The notes beneath the pieces are model-generated. The model did no database searches and was not told the origin of the DNA. It saw only the letters and a program-made list of their open reading frames with translations. A DNA stretch of 64,000 nucleotides, taken from positions 128,654-192,653 of the forward strand of contig CAWCIU010000004.1 in assembly GCA_963795735.1 (NCBI GenBank), in the 5' to 3' direction. The stretch is from an uncultured Acidobacteriota bacterium (GTDB lineage Bacteria; Acidobacteriota; Thermoanaerobaculia; Multivoradales; UBA5704). The position numbers and the translations under genes were made by a program. This document shows, in pieces, positions 27,192 to 37,942 of this stretch. The first letter of the stretch is position 1. Every line of letters begins with the position of its first letter.

Positions 27192-28362
27192 CTAGTGTAG
27201 TGGGTCCGATGTTCGGCAACTTCTGTTATCCTTTCCTGGTAGGGAATACCTCCAGGAGGGAACATGAAGGTAGCTGTCTCGATAGTCCTTTCGCCTGAGG
27301 AGAGGGCTGAGCTTGAGAAGCTTGCACGTGGCCGTAGGGTATCCGTGCGCGTGGCAGAGAGGGCGAGAATCGTCCTGCTGGCTGCTGAAGGCAAGCAGAA
27401 CCGAGAGATTGCTGAGATTTCTGGTGCAGCGCGACGGACAGTTGGTGTTTGGCGCCGTCGTTTTGCCGAGAAGCGGACCGTCGGCATCTTGAAGGATGCC
27501 CCTCGGGCCGGGAGGCTGCCTTCGATTGGCGAGGATGTAATTCGGGAGATCGTGCGCAAGACGACGCAAGAGACGCCAGTGGCGGGAACGCACTGGAGCA
27601 CCCGTAGTCTGGCCAAGATGATGGGGCTGAGCCCGAGCACGATCGGTCGTGTCTGGAGACGTCATGGCCTGAAGCCTCACCTGACTCGAACCTTCAAATT
27701 GAGTCGGGATGCGAGGTTCGTGGAGAAGTTGGAGGATGTCGTCGGTCTTTACCTGAACCCTCCAGAGCATGCGCTGGTTTTCTCTGTCGATGAAAAAAGC
27801 CAAATTCAGGCGCTCGACCGCACCCAGCCAGGCCTTCCCCTTGTGCCGGGCCGCCATGGCACGATGACCCACGACTACAAGCGCCACGGAACGACGACAC
27901 TGTTCACTGCGCTCAATACGCTGAACGGGAAGGTGATCGGGACCTGCATGCCGCGGCATCGCCATCAGGAGTGGATTAAGTTCCTGAGCCTCATTGACCG
28001 AGAGACCCCGAAGAGCCCGGAGATTCATCTGATCGCGGACAACTATGCGACTCACAAGCATCCGAAGGTTCAAGCTTGGCTGGCTCGCCATCCGCGGTTC
28101 AGGATTCATTTCACCCCAACCAGCGCCTCATGGCTCAACATGGTCGAAAGGTTCTTCCGTGACCTGACAGAAAACCGGTTGCGTCGGGGCATCTTTCGCA
28201 GCGTCGCAGATCTGGTTACGGCGATCCATGAGTATCTGGCTCGTCACAACGAAGATCCCAAACCCTTTATCTGGACGAAGACCGCAAGCGACATCCTTGA
28301 AAAGGTCACACGCGCTCGGCAGGCTCTGGTTAAGGACACATCTGTTTGACCCACTACACTAG
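27192..28362 (+). mobile_element. IS630-family insertion sequence
   Basis: Perfect terminal inverted repeats CTAGTGTAGTGGGTC (27192-27206) and GACCCACTACACTAG (28348-28362). Consistent with a TA target duplication (27193-94 / 28360-61). One transposase gene inside. Confidence 0.9.
27264..28349 (+). CDS. IS630 family transposase
   Basis: 361 aa with an N-terminal HTH ([18 protein letters not shown]) and a DDE domain: ...[13 protein letters not shown]..., [20 protein letters not shown]. Confidence 0.9.
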   Translation: MKVAVSIVLSPEERAELEKLARGRRVSVRVAERARIVLLAAEGKQNREIAEISGAARRTVGVWRRRFAEKRTVGILKDAPRAGRLPSIGEDVIREIVRKTTQETPVAGTHWSTRSLAKMMGLSPSTIGRVWRRHGLKPHLTRTFKLSRDARFVEKLEDVVGLYLNPPEHALVFSVDEKSQIQALDRTQPGLPLVPGRHGTMTHDYKRHGTTTLFTALNTLNGKVIGTCMPRHRHQEWIKFLSLIDRETPKSPEIHLIADNYATHKHPKVQAWLARHPRFRIHFTPTSASWLNMVERFFRDLTENRLRRGIFRSVADLVTAIHEYLARHNEDPKPFIWTKTASDILEKVTRARQALVKDTSV

Positions 28363-29636
28363 CGAGCGGAGCGGACGGCGCCGAGCGGCTCCAGGACGGC
28401 GCCGCTGTTGGCCGAGGAGCCGCCCTTGAGGATCTGGGCGAGCTCCAGGCCGGGCAGGGGTCGCTGGAAGAAATATCCCTGCGCATAGTCGATGCCGAGC
28501 AGGCGGAGCACCTCCGCGTCCTCGGCGGTCTCGACGGCTTCCATGACGGTGGCGGTGCCGGCGCGCGCCGCCATCTCGGCCGTGCTCTGCACGATGATCT
28601 GTTTGAACGGATCGTGGGCGAGGCCGCGGCAGAAGGTGCCGGATATCTTCAGAAAATCCGGGTGCAGATCCTGGAACAGATTGAGGTTCGACGAGCCCTC
28701 GCCGAAATCGTCGAGAGCGATGCGGAACCCTCGCTCGCGCAGCCGCTGCAGCGTCGCCGCGAAGGCGCTCGGATTGACGATCGTCTGCTGCTCGGTGAGC
28801 TCGAGGACGATGTCCTTCTCGGAAAAACCCGCCGAGTGCACCGCGTCGCAGAGCCGCGCCGCGAACTCGGGGTTGGTCAGCGACCGGGGCTGCACGTTGA
28901 GGAACGTGGCGATCGAGTTGCCGAGATGGACCACCTCGGTCAGGGCGGCGCGGATGCAGATCATGTCCGCTTCGAAGAGCAGCTCCTTCTGCGCCGCGTA
29001 GGCGAGGAAAACCGCGGGGCTTCCCAGGACCGAGCCGGCCGGTCCACGGGCGAGGCTTTCGACGCCGAACACCTCGAACCGGGTGGCGTCCTGGAGCCGG
29101 ACGACCGGCTGCAGCACGGCGCGGATCGGGTTGGCCGCCATGAACTCCTCGAGCAGCTCGACGTGCTGCACCTCCCCTTCTCCTTCGAAGACAAGGCCGG
29201 AGGAGAGCCGCGCGCGGCGGTCCAGCAGGTACCCCCGCAGCCGCGTGAGCCCCTCGGACTTCTCCAGCACCGCGGTGACGCCGAGCACGGAGCACAGATC
29301 GCGCACCGCCTGATCGACGTACCCGCTCAGCACGTAGACCGCCGTGTCGGGAAAGTTGGCGGTGACGAAACGGACGAGGCGCATGCCGTCCAGCCCGCCG
29401 AGCTGCGAGACGGAGAGATCGGTGATCACCACGTCGAAGCGGAAGCACCGGAGCAGCGCTTCGGCGGCTTCGATCTCCATGCAGGTGGTCAGCTCGACGC
29501 CGGGCAGCCGCAGACAGGCGGCCAGCGTGTCGACCACGATCGACTCATCATCGAGAATCAGCACCCGAAGCACGGCGTCAGTATCTTCCCGTCCGGGCGG
29601 GGAACCGCGGCCACGCGGCCCCGCAGACATCGGCAT
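28359..29636 (-). CDS. Response regulator receiver + EAL domain protein (c-di-GMP phosphodiesterase-like)
   Basis: REC (VLILDDE...VVITDLSV), then an EAL fold with the variant signature ESL, ELTEQ, ALDDFGEGSSNL, LKIS (usual KID changed) and GYFFQRP. The TAG stop lies at the IS630 junction. Confidence 0.85.
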   Translation of the reverse strand: MPMSAGPRGRGSPPGREDTDAVLRVLILDDESIVVDTLAACLRLPGVELTTCMEIEAAEALLRCFRFDVVITDLSVSQLGGLDGMRLVRFVTANFPDTAVYVLSGYVDQAVRDLCSVLGVTAVLEKSEGLTRLRGYLLDRRARLSSGLVFEGEGEVQHVELLEEFMAANPIRAVLQPVVRLQDATRFEVFGVESLARGPAGSVLGSPAVFLAYAAQKELLFEADMICIRAALTEVVHLGNSIATFLNVQPRSLTNPEFAARLCDAVHSAGFSEKDIVLELTEQQTIVNPSAFAATLQRLRERGFRIALDDFGEGSSNLNLFQDLHPDFLKISGTFCRGLAHDPFKQIIVQSTAEMAARAGTATVMEAVETAEDAEVLRLLGIDYAQGYFFQRPLPGLELAQILKGGSSANSGAVLEPLGAVRSAR

Positions 29637-29685
29637 TCAACATCGGAATGGATCTGGTGGAGGGTAGCCTGCGCATACCGCGAAG

Positions 29686-31257
29686 TCAACCGTGGTTTCG
29701 AACGAAGGGCGGCTCCGGCTCGTTCCGGAGCTGCCACAGGACGCCGCCACCCTCTTCGGTCGCCGGCTGAGCGACCGGCTGGTAGAACCTTCCCAGACGG
29801 CCGTTCAGAGGGCGGTTCGGCGACATCTGCCAGGTGTAGACGTACTCCGCCCGGCGCTGCCAGGCGCCGAAGCGCAGGTGACCCGGATGGGCCTCGATGT
29901 CCTCGATCGGCGGCCACGGCGCCGAGTCGCGGAAGCGGACCGGGAAGTGGCTCGACGCCGCCTCGTAGTTGTCCCAGTCGACCAGTCCGCGCTCGAGGGC
30001 CCGGTAGCTCATGGCGTGGCCGAGCACGTCCAGCTTGGCGCCGTAGGTCTCGTGCGGGAAGAGCAGCGGCAGCACCCGGGTGTTGGGGCGGACCGGGTCG
30101 AGGCCGGCGAGATAACTCTCCATGCCACCGCTCAGCAGCCGGTACCGCTGGGCCACGTACCCGAGGTTGAGCAGGGCGACGACGGCCAGCGCCCCCACGG
30201 CGATCCGGCGCGTCCGCTCGCCGAAGCCGGGAGAGAGCCAGGGGATCAGGACCAGGTAGGGATAGAGGCAGAGCCGGTTCTTCAGCATCGTCCCACCCGA
30301 CATCCCCTCCGGGCTCAGGAAGTACAGGAGGGTGAACACGACGGCCAAGAGCAGAAACGGCTGCGCGTCCCGCCAGGGGCGGAGAAGCTCCCGGCGGTCC
30401 CGCCAGAGGGTGAGGGCGAGAAGGAGGAGGAAGACCCATGCCAGCCCCCGGGCGAGCTGTTCCTGCCGTCCGCCCAAGGGATCGAGCGCTCCCAGATGGA
30501 TGAAGTAGTGCAGCAGGCGCCGGAACGGCCAGTCGGAGGCGAGGGTGTCCCCCCCTTCCTTCGAGAAGTACCAGAGGGGCAGCAGGATCTGGGGCGCCAG
30601 GACCGGGATGTGCCACAGATGCCGCCGCCAGTTGTCGCGCCGCAACGTCGCCAGCCACAGGAAGGCGATGGCGAGCAGAGCCAGCGCGAAGGAGAGGATG
30701 TGCGACAGGTAGCATAGCCAGAGGAGCAGGTTGACGCCCACCGCGTAGCGGAGGCTCGCCGGCCGCTCCCGATGCCGCCACCAGAAGCCGAGCACCCAGG
30801 GGAACAGCGCCAGGCTCATCGAGAAGTTGTAGAACCCGAACTGGAACATGAAGTTGAAGACGAACGGGAAGGCCAGGAAGGCGAGCCAGCGGCCGCCGGA
30901 CCGCACCGATCCCGCGAGGTACCAGAACCCCGCGAGAAGCGTCAGCGCGTAGACGCTCACCAGCATCTTCTCCGCCACCAGCGGCGGCACGACGAACATC
31001 AGCAACGCCATGATCCCGTGGCCGATCCAGTTCGGGTAGGGCGCGGCGTTGATCTCGTAGTACCGGTGGAACAGTGGGTAGCCCTGGCCGTTCCCGTACT
31101 GCCGGAGGATCCAGGCGTTGTAGGTGTGGCACGGTCCGTCCACGGTAGGGAGATAGTGGACGATCCAGAACGGGAGAACGTAGAGCAGGGCCAGGAAGAA
31201 GAAGAGAGCGCGGGTCCAGCGCTCTTCCCGGTCGAGCTCCGTCATGGATCGTGTCAT
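29686..31257 (-). CDS. Large polytopic membrane protein, unknown function (glycosyltransferase-C-like topology)
   Basis: 523 aa with more than 10 TM helices followed by a soluble C-terminal domain. No motif recognised with confidence. Confidence 0.5.
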   Translation of the reverse strand: MTRSMTELDREERWTRALFFFLALLYVLPFWIVHYLPTVDGPCHTYNAWILRQYGNGQGYPLFHRYYEINAAPYPNWIGHGIMALLMFVVPPLVAEKMLVSVYALTLLAGFWYLAGSVRSGGRWLAFLAFPFVFNFMFQFGFYNFSMSLALFPWVLGFWWRHRERPASLRYAVGVNLLLWLCYLSHILSFALALLAIAFLWLATLRRDNWRRHLWHIPVLAPQILLPLWYFSKEGGDTLASDWPFRRLLHYFIHLGALDPLGGRQEQLARGLAWVFLLLLALTLWRDRRELLRPWRDAQPFLLLAVVFTLLYFLSPEGMSGGTMLKNRLCLYPYLVLIPWLSPGFGERTRRIAVGALAVVALLNLGYVAQRYRLLSGGMESYLAGLDPVRPNTRVLPLLFPHETYGAKLDVLGHAMSYRALERGLVDWDNYEAASSHFPVRFRDSAPWPPIEDIEAHPGHLRFGAWQRRAEYVYTWQMSPNRPLNGRLGRFYQPVAQPATEEGGGVLWQLRNEPEPPFVRNHG

Positions 31258-31388
31258 CGCCGTCTCTCCCCAGGCGTCTCCGCCAAAGCGGCGTCAGGAT
31301 ATCTCCAAGATTCGTCTTTCCGGAAACGTCGAGGGCCGTCCTTTTTTCACCGTCGCCGAGATCCTCGGCCGAGGGTGTCGCGGTTCCT

Positions 31389-32171
31389 CTATTTCGGAGA
31401 GAGGTACACCGTCGCGCCGTGCCCCTGGAGCTTGACGCGGCCGGACTCGATCGCCACCAGGGTGAACCCGCCGACGATCTCTCCGGGACCCATCACCCGC
31501 CCGTCCAGCACCGCGACGGGCTGATCCTGGGAAAAGGCGATGCCGTTCAGCTTGACGCTGCCTCCCCCGGGAATGGGGACCTCCCCGACATAGACCCTGC
31601 CGTCCACCAGGCTTCCGGAGTCTCCGGCGGGAGCCGGATTTGACGGCGCGGGAGGAGAGGGCGCGGGACGCGGCTCCACGAAAGCCGGCTCAGGAGCCGC
31701 TGGAGGAGGAGGAGGAGGGGCCGCCTTCGGCTCCGGGCGCGCGGGACGGACGCTGACGATGGGTTCCGCCACGGGAGCGGCGGGGGGCGGAGCGGCCCGC
31801 GCCACAGGAGGCGGTTTCGCGACGACAGGCGTGGGAGGCGGAGCGGCGGGAGGCGCGACCGGCAGGATTGCCGGGGCCGCCGCCGCGGGAGGAGTAGGAA
31901 TGATGGGAGCCGGGGCGGGCGGGGGGGCCGCCGCCACCCGGGTCTCTATAACAGGCTTGTGGAACGGACCCCAGCCGGCGAAGTAGGCAAAAGCGAACAT
32001 CGCCACCGCCAGGATGCAGCCGGCGCCCAGGCCCGCCAGGAGCGAGATCCAGGGGTCGCGGCGCACCGGAGGGTCGACCGCTCCCATGGCGTAGGGCAGC
32101 CCCTGGCGGAGGGAATCCTGCCGGGCGGCCTCCTGGCGGGCCTTCTTCAGGGCGTCGCTGATCAGACTCAT
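31389..32171 (-). CDS. GspB/ExeB-like secretion accessory protein
   Basis: MSLISDALKKA N-terminus, one TM, a long Pro/Ala-rich linker and a C-terminal LNGIAFSQDQPVAVLDGRVMGPGEIVGGFTLVAIESGRVKL (GspB-type C-domain). ATGA overlap with the exeA-like gene. Confidence 0.6.
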   Translation of the reverse strand: MSLISDALKKARQEAARQDSLRQGLPYAMGAVDPPVRRDPWISLLAGLGAGCILAVAMFAFAYFAGWGPFHKPVIETRVAAAPPPAPAPIIPTPPAAAAPAILPVAPPAAPPPTPVVAKPPPVARAAPPPAAPVAEPIVSVRPARPEPKAAPPPPPPAAPEPAFVEPRPAPSPPAPSNPAPAGDSGSLVDGRVYVGEVPIPGGGSVKLNGIAFSQDQPVAVLDGRVMGPGEIVGGFTLVAIESGRVKLQGHGATVYLSPK

Positions 32172-32980
32172 GGGATCTGCCCCTCCAGCTCGCGGATCGC
32201 CCGCCGCACCTGCCACCAGGTCAGCAGGTCCTTGCCCTCCACGAAACCGGCCAGGAGCGCCTTGTCGCACACCGCGTTGACCAGCCGCGGGATGCCGCCC
32301 GAGTAGCGGAAGATCGAGCGGATCGCCCAGGAAGTGAAAGCCGGGCGGCCGTTGGCGCCGACCACCTGGAGACGGTGCTGGATGTAGCGCTCGATCTCCG
32401 GGCGCGAGAGCGGCGTCAGGTGGTAGCGGACGGTGATTCGCTGGCGGAGCTGGCGCAGGCTGCGGTCGTTGAGCTTCTCCCGCAGCTCGGGCTGGCCGAT
32501 GAGCACGATCTGCAGCAGCTTGCGCTGATCCGTTTCCAGGTTGGAGAGCAGCCGGACCTGCTCGAGCAGCTCGGAGGAGAGGTCCTGCGCCTCGTCGATC
32601 AGCAGCACCACGTCGTTGCCCGCGGCGAGCTGGTCGAGGAGGAAGCGGTTGAGCATCGCGAGGCAGGTGGCGCGGTCCGCCTTGCCCGGCTCCAGCCCCA
32701 GCTCGGTGAGGATCGACCGCAGGAGCTGGGTGGGGTTGAGGCAGGGGTTGAGGATCAGCGCGGTGACGTAGCTCGGCCCCAGCTCTTCCAGCAGCGCCCG
32801 GCAGAGCGTCGTCTTGCCGGCACCGACCTCGCCGGTGATCTGGATGAAGCCCTTGCGCTCCCGGATGCCGAACAGGATGTGGTTGTACGCCTCCCGGTGC
32901 CGGTCGCTGAAGAACAGGAAACGGGGATCGGGCGTAATGTTGAACGGCGGCTCGCGGAAGCCGTAGAACTGGTCGTACAT
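32168..32980 (-). CDS. ExeA/GspA/MshM-family AAA ATPase
   Basis: FYGFREPPFNITPDPRFLF, Walker A GEVGAGKTT and LLIDEAQ, the typical ExeA family pattern. Confidence 0.85.
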   Translation of the reverse strand: MYDQFYGFREPPFNITPDPRFLFFSDRHREAYNHILFGIRERKGFIQITGEVGAGKTTLCRALLEELGPSYVTALILNPCLNPTQLLRSILTELGLEPGKADRATCLAMLNRFLLDQLAAGNDVVLLIDEAQDLSSELLEQVRLLSNLETDQRKLLQIVLIGQPELREKLNDRSLRQLRQRITVRYHLTPLSRPEIERYIQHRLQVVGANGRPAFTSWAIRSIFRYSGGIPRLVNAVCDKALLAGFVEGKDLLTWWQVRRAIRELEGQIP

Positions 32981-33013
32981 CGTTACGGAGACTCTCTCAC
33001 CAAGGTTATACGC

Positions 33014-35134
33014 TCACCGCGCCTTCGCCGTCTCCTGCTTCCCCTTCTCCCCCAACAGATACTTGCCGTACCAGGCGAGGTAGCGCTCGTAGCGGTCCTT
33101 CTGGTAGGTCGGCTTCGAGATGCCGTGGTTCTGGCCCGGGTAGATCACCAGCTCGGTCTCGCGGCCGAGCCGCCGCAGCGCCTGGTAGAGCTGCTCGGCG
33201 TTGAGCAGGGGCACGTTGACGTCGTCCGAGCCGCCGAGGATCAGGGTGGGGGTGGTGATCTTCTCGACCTGGAAGAAGGGGGAGATCCGCGTCCACCGCT
33301 CGGGGTGCTGCCAGGGCAGGCCCAGCTCGGCCTCCCACTCCCTCTGATAGTGGTCGGTGCCGTAGTTGGCGAGGTAGTTGACCTCGCTCGCCCCCGACGT
33401 CGCCGCCTTGAAGCGGCCGGTCCGGGTCAGGATGTGGTCGGTCAGGATGCCGCCGTAGCTCCACCCGCCCACCCCCAGGCGGTCGGGGTCGGCCACCCCC
33501 AGGGCGATGGCGCCGTCGACGGCGGCCATCACGTCCTGGTAGTCCTTGTTTCCCCAGTCGGCCCAGATCGCCCGGCTGAAGGCGCTGCCGTAGCCCATCG
33601 ATCCCCGCGGGTTCGCCGCCACCACCGCGTACCCCCCGGCGGCCAGGATCTGCCACTCGGTCTGGAACGAGGTGTCGTACTGCGACGTGGGCCCGCCGTG
33701 GATGCGCAGGATCGCCGGCAGCCTCACCCCGGGCCGCGCGCCCGGCGGCAGGGTGAGGAAGGCGTCGATCTTCGTGCCGTCGGCGCTCGTCGCCTGGAAC
33801 CGCCTCACCTCGCCCAGGCGGATCCCCTGGAGGAAGCCGTCGTTGGTCGTGGTCAGCCGCCGCAGAGAACCCGCGGCTCCCCCGGCCCCCGCCACCGCCG
33901 AAACTTCGTAGGGGCGCTGGGGGGTGCTCTCCAGAACCGCGATCTCGCCCCCCGGGCCCAGGGTGTAGGCCTGGAGCGTGCGCTCGCCGTCCACCACCCG
34001 CTCGACCGGTCCACCCGAGACGGGCACCCGGGCGAGGTGCTGGTTGCCGCCCTCCTCCACCAGGAAGTAGACCGACCCACCGTCCGGCGAGAAGCGCGGG
34101 CGCTCGACGTTGCGGTCGAGCTCACTCGTCAGGGCACGGGGCTCGCCGCCCGCCACCTTCACCACGGCGAGGTGGTTGGTGGCGTACCAGATGTCCTTGG
34201 GCTCTCCCCCGGCCACGTAGGCGATCCACTGGCCGTCCGGGCTGAAGGCGGGGGACCGGTCGGAGCCGGGGGAGGTGGTGAGGGCGCGCGGGGTCTGGCC
34301 GGCCGAACGGCCCGCCTCCCCCGCCCTGGCCTCCACCAGGAAGATGTCGCTGTTGTCGTTGGCGTCCGGATCCTTGGTGCGGTTGCTGACGAAGGCGATC
34401 CAGCGTCCGTCGGGCGACCAGACGGGCTCGTTGTCGTCATAGGGGCCGGAGGTGAGCGGCGCGCTCGCTTTGGTGGCGACGTCGAAGAGGTAGAGGTGCT
34501 GGCGCAGCTCGCGCAGGAAACCCTCGCCGTCGCGCTGGAACTGCAGGCGGCGGATGACGATCGGCTTCGGCGTCTTCGCCGCTCCCCCCTCGGCGCTCCC
34601 CTCGGCCTTATCGGGGTTCGCCCCGTTGTCCGGATCGTCGGGATCGGGATCGCCCACCACCAGGGCCAGGCGCTTGCCGTCCGGCGACCAGGCGAGGTCG
34701 GAGACGTCGGCCTTGTAGTCGGTCAGCTTGACGGCTTCTCCCCCCCGGCGGTCGAGCAGCCAGACCTGGGCCTTCTTTCCTTCCCGCCCCGAAAGGAAGG
34801 CGAGGTAGCGGCCGTCCGGGCTGAAGCGCGGGTGGGACTCCGACTTCGGGCTCGCGGTCAGCCGCACGGTCTCCCCGCCGGCGAAGGGGAGCATGTAGAG
34901 GTCGGAGTCGGAGGTGTCCGCCTTGGGGTCGAGCGACCGGACGGTGTAGGCGACCCAGCGGCCGTCCGGGCTGAGCTGGGGATCGCCGACCGACTTGAGG
35001 GAGAAGATGTCGTCCACCCGCAGGGGCCGGGGCGATCCCGCGGGTGATCCCGCGAGTGATCCCGCGGCCTTCACCTGGGCGGTCAGCAGGGCGGCCAGCG
35101 CGATGCCGGCCAGGAGGGTCGTGGATCGGTTCAT
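33014..35134 (-). CDS. S9 family serine peptidase (TolB-like beta-propeller + prolyl oligopeptidase/acylaminoacyl-peptidase domain)
   Basis: Signal peptide, repeated SPDG propeller blades, and a catalytic domain with GGWSYGG (nucleophile Ser) and a C-terminal D...H. Confidence 0.85.
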   Translation of the reverse strand: MNRSTTLLAGIALAALLTAQVKAAGSLAGSPAGSPRPLRVDDIFSLKSVGDPQLSPDGRWVAYTVRSLDPKADTSDSDLYMLPFAGGETVRLTASPKSESHPRFSPDGRYLAFLSGREGKKAQVWLLDRRGGEAVKLTDYKADVSDLAWSPDGKRLALVVGDPDPDDPDNGANPDKAEGSAEGGAAKTPKPIVIRRLQFQRDGEGFLRELRQHLYLFDVATKASAPLTSGPYDDNEPVWSPDGRWIAFVSNRTKDPDANDNSDIFLVEARAGEAGRSAGQTPRALTTSPGSDRSPAFSPDGQWIAYVAGGEPKDIWYATNHLAVVKVAGGEPRALTSELDRNVERPRFSPDGGSVYFLVEEGGNQHLARVPVSGGPVERVVDGERTLQAYTLGPGGEIAVLESTPQRPYEVSAVAGAGGAAGSLRRLTTTNDGFLQGIRLGEVRRFQATSADGTKIDAFLTLPPGARPGVRLPAILRIHGGPTSQYDTSFQTEWQILAAGGYAVVAANPRGSMGYGSAFSRAIWADWGNKDYQDVMAAVDGAIALGVADPDRLGVGGWSYGGILTDHILTRTGRFKAATSGASEVNYLANYGTDHYQREWEAELGLPWQHPERWTRISPFFQVEKITTPTLILGGSDDVNVPLLNAEQLYQALRRLGRETELVIYPGQNHGISKPTYQKDRYERYLAWYGKYLLGEKGKQETAKAR

Positions 35135-35224
35135 GGAGAGATCCTAGCAGGACCCTTGCCCTGGAGGGATTCGGATAAACTGCCGGACGTCCCATCGCTC
35201 CGTCGCTCGACGGAAGGAGCCTGC

Positions 35225-37921
35225 ATGCAGCGAACGCTCGCGCTCATCGTCATGACCGCCTTCATGACCGCCTTCGTCACCCTTCCCCTGCTGGCCGAGG
35301 AGCCGGTGGACCTCTCGATGATGAACCGCATCCGCGAGGAGGGGCTCCACCGCTCGCAGGTCATGGAGACGCTGTTCCAGCTGACCGACGTCATCGGCCC
35401 CCGGCTCACCGGCTCGCCGCAGCTCAAGGCCGCCAACGAGTGGACCCGCGACCAGTTCACCCGCTGGGGGCTGGCGAACGCCCATCTGGAGGGCTACCCC
35501 TTCGGCCGCGGCTGGTCGTTCAGCGGCTGCCAGGTGCGCATGGTCGCCCCCCGCACGGCCGTCCTCCTCGCCCTGCCCAAGGCCTGGGCGCCGGGGACGA
35601 ACGGCCCCCTGCGCGGCCCGGTGGAGCGGATCAAGGCGGAGACCCCCCAGGATCTCGACGCCTACCGCGGCAAGGTGGCCGGCAAGATCCTCCTGCTCAG
35701 CGACACCCGGGAGTTCAAGCCGCCGGCGGAGCCGGGCGGTCCCAAGACGCCGCCGGACCTGGGGGCGTTCTCCGCCGATCTGCCCGAGCGCTACTCGCGC
35801 GAGGACCTGGAGAAGCTCTCGACCTTCGAGATCCGGGGAGAGCGGGATCCCGCCCGCCGGGCCGCGGGGATCCAGCGCTACAAGCTGCGGATGGCGATCC
35901 AGGAGTTCGTGGCGAAGGAGAAGGTGCTGGCCACGATCGAGGCGAGCCCGCGCAACGAGGGCATCCTGGGCGTCGCCGGCGGCGGCACCTGGGAGCCGGG
36001 AAAGGCCGCCAGCGTGCCCGGGCTGGTGATGGCCGCCGAGCACTACAACGAGATCCTGCGCCTGCTCGATCACGACCAGCCCGTGGAGCTCGAGATCGAC
36101 GTCGCCGCCCGCTTCCACGAGGACGATTCCCAGGCCTACAACACCGTCGCCGAGATCCCCGGCACCGACAGGCGGGACGAGATCGTCATGGCGGGCGCCC
36201 ATCTCGACTCCTGGCACACCGGCACCGGGGCGACCGACAACGCCGCCGGCAGCGCCGTGGTGATGGAGGCGGCGCGCATCCTCAAGAGCCTCGGCGTCAA
36301 GCCCCGGCGAACGATCCGCTTCGCCCTCTGGAGCGGCGAGGAGGAGGGGCTGCTGGGCTCCCACGCCTACGTCAAGAAGCACTTCGCGGCCCACCCCGAG
36401 AAACCGGGCGAGAAGGAAAAAGAGAAGGACCTCCCCGAGTTCCTCCGCGAGGAGACCTGGCCGCTCCAGATCAGGCCCGAGCACGCCAGGCTCTCGGCCT
36501 ACTTCAACCTCGACAACGGCGGCGGCCGCGTCCGCGGCATCTACGCGCAGGAGAACGCCGCGGTGAAGCCGATCTTCGCCGCCTGGCTCGCCCCCTTCGC
36601 CGACCTCGGGGCCGACACCGTGACCCTGCGCGACACCGGCAGCACCGACCACGTGGAGTTCGACGGGGTGGGCCTGCCCGGCTTCCAGTTCATCCAGGAC
36701 CAGTTGGACTACTTCACCCACACCCATCACACGGATCTCGACACCTACGACCACGTCCCGTCCCGGGACATGATGCAGGCCTCGGTCCTGATGGCGGCCT
36801 TCCTCTACGACGCCGCGATGCGCCCGGAGGCTCCTCCCCCGCAAGCCGCTGCCGCAGGCGCCGCCGAAGCGACCCGCCACCCAGCAGGAAAAGAAGGAGA
36901 CGGCACCATGAATGAACACCTGATGAAAGAACGCAGACTGGGAAAGAACGGCCCCGCCGTATCGGCGATGGGCCTCGGCTGCATGGGGATGTCCGACTTC
37001 TACGCCGGACGCGACGACGCCGAGTCGCTCGCCACCCTGGAGCGCGCCCTCGAGCTGGGCGTCACGTTCTACGACACCGCCGACATGTACGGCCCCTACA
37101 CCAACGAGGAGCTGGTCGGCCGCTTCCTCCAGGGTGATCGCGGGCGACGCGAGCAGGTGGTGCTCGCCACCAAGTTCGGCATCGTTCGCTCGCCCACCGA
37201 CCCGCAGGTGCGGGGGGTCAACGGCCGCCCGGACTACGTCCGCTCGGCCTGCGAGGCGAGCCTGAAGCGGCTCAAGGTGGAGACGATCGACCTCTACTAC
37301 CTCCACCGCGTGGACCCCGCGACGCCGATCGAGGAGACGGTGGGCGCCATGGCCGGGCTGGTGAAGGAGGGGAAGGTGCGCTTCCTCGGCCTCTCGGAGG
37401 TCAGCCCGGAGACCCTGCGCCGGGCGCACGGCGTCCATCCCATCACCGCGGTGCAGAGCGAGTACTCGCTGTGGAGCCGCGAGCCCGAGGACGGCGTGCT
37501 GGAAGCCTGCCGGAGTCTGGGGGTCGGCTTCGTGCCCTACAGCCCGCTGGGGCGCGGCTTCCTCACCGGCCAGATCCAGCGCTTCGAGGACCTGGAACCG
37601 GACGACTACCGCCGCCACTCCCCCCGATTCCAGAGGGAGAACTTCCAGCAGAACCTCGACCTGGTGGCCCGGATCCGGGAGATGGCGGACGCCAAGGGGT
37701 GCACGCCGGCGCAGCTCGCCCTCGCCTGGGTGCTGGCCCAGGGGGAGGACCTGGTGCCCATCCCCGGCACCAAGCGGCGCAAGTACCTGGAGGAGAACGT
37801 GGGCGCCCTGGACGTCGATCTGACGGTGGACGACCTCAAGCGGATCGACGAGATCGCCCCTCCCGGAGTCGCCGCCGGCACGCGCTACCCGGAGGCGATG
37901 CTGGAGACGGTGAACCGGTAG
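35225..37921 (+). CDS. Single open frame joining a secreted M28 aminopeptidase module to an aldo/keto reductase module
   Basis: ATG at 35225 (AAGGAG) plus a signal peptide. M28 motifs include AGAHLDSW and NAAGSAV. There is no stop codon before the AKR module, which begins at [16 protein letters not shown] read the codons 36782-36920 directly and found none. Confidence 0.55.
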   Translation: MQRTLALIVMTAFMTAFVTLPLLAEEPVDLSMMNRIREEGLHRSQVMETLFQLTDVIGPRLTGSPQLKAANEWTRDQFTRWGLANAHLEGYPFGRGWSFSGCQVRMVAPRTAVLLALPKAWAPGTNGPLRGPVERIKAETPQDLDAYRGKVAGKILLLSDTREFKPPAEPGGPKTPPDLGAFSADLPERYSREDLEKLSTFEIRGERDPARRAAGIQRYKLRMAIQEFVAKEKVLATIEASPRNEGILGVAGGGTWEPGKAASVPGLVMAAEHYNEILRLLDHDQPVELEIDVAARFHEDDSQAYNTVAEIPGTDRRDEIVMAGAHLDSWHTGTGATDNAAGSAVVMEAARILKSLGVKPRRTIRFALWSGEEEGLLGSHAYVKKHFAAHPEKPGEKEKEKDLPEFLREETWPLQIRPEHARLSAYFNLDNGGGRVRGIYAQENAAVKPIFAAWLAPFADLGADTVTLRDTGSTDHVEFDGVGLPGFQFIQDQLDYFTHTHHTDLDTYDHVPSRDMMQASVLMAAFLYDAAMRPEAPPPQAAAAGAAEATRHPAGKEGDGTMNEHLMKERRLGKNGPAVSAMGLGCMGMSDFYAGRDDAESLATLERALELGVTFYDTADMYGPYTNEELVGRFLQGDRGRREQVVLATKFGIVRSPTDPQVRGVNGRPDYVRSACEASLKRLKVETIDLYYLHRVDPATPIEETVGAMAGLVKEGKVRFLGLSEVSPETLRRAHGVHPITAVQSEYSLWSREPEDGVLEACRSLGVGFVPYSPLGRGFLTGQIQRFEDLEPDDYRRHSPRFQRENFQQNLDLVARIREMADAKGCTPAQLALAWVLAQGEDLVPIPGTKRRKYLEENVGALDVDLTVDDLKRIDEIAPPGVAAGTRYPEAMLETVNR
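36908..37921 (+). CDS. Aldo/keto reductase (possible independent start inside the fused frame)
   Basis: The ATG at 36908 is preceded by GAAGGAGA. Contains GLGCMGMS...FYDTADMYG...LATKFG and an AKR11/13-like C-terminus. Confidence 0.5.
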   Translation: MNEHLMKERRLGKNGPAVSAMGLGCMGMSDFYAGRDDAESLATLERALELGVTFYDTADMYGPYTNEELVGRFLQGDRGRREQVVLATKFGIVRSPTDPQVRGVNGRPDYVRSACEASLKRLKVETIDLYYLHRVDPATPIEETVGAMAGLVKEGKVRFLGLSEVSPETLRRAHGVHPITAVQSEYSLWSREPEDGVLEACRSLGVGFVPYSPLGRGFLTGQIQRFEDLEPDDYRRHSPRFQRENFQQNLDLVARIREMADAKGCTPAQLALAWVLAQGEDLVPIPGTKRRKYLEENVGALDVDLTVDDLKRIDEIAPPGVAAGTRYPEAMLETVNR

Positions 37922-37942
37922 GCCCGGTCCCGATCTCTTCCC

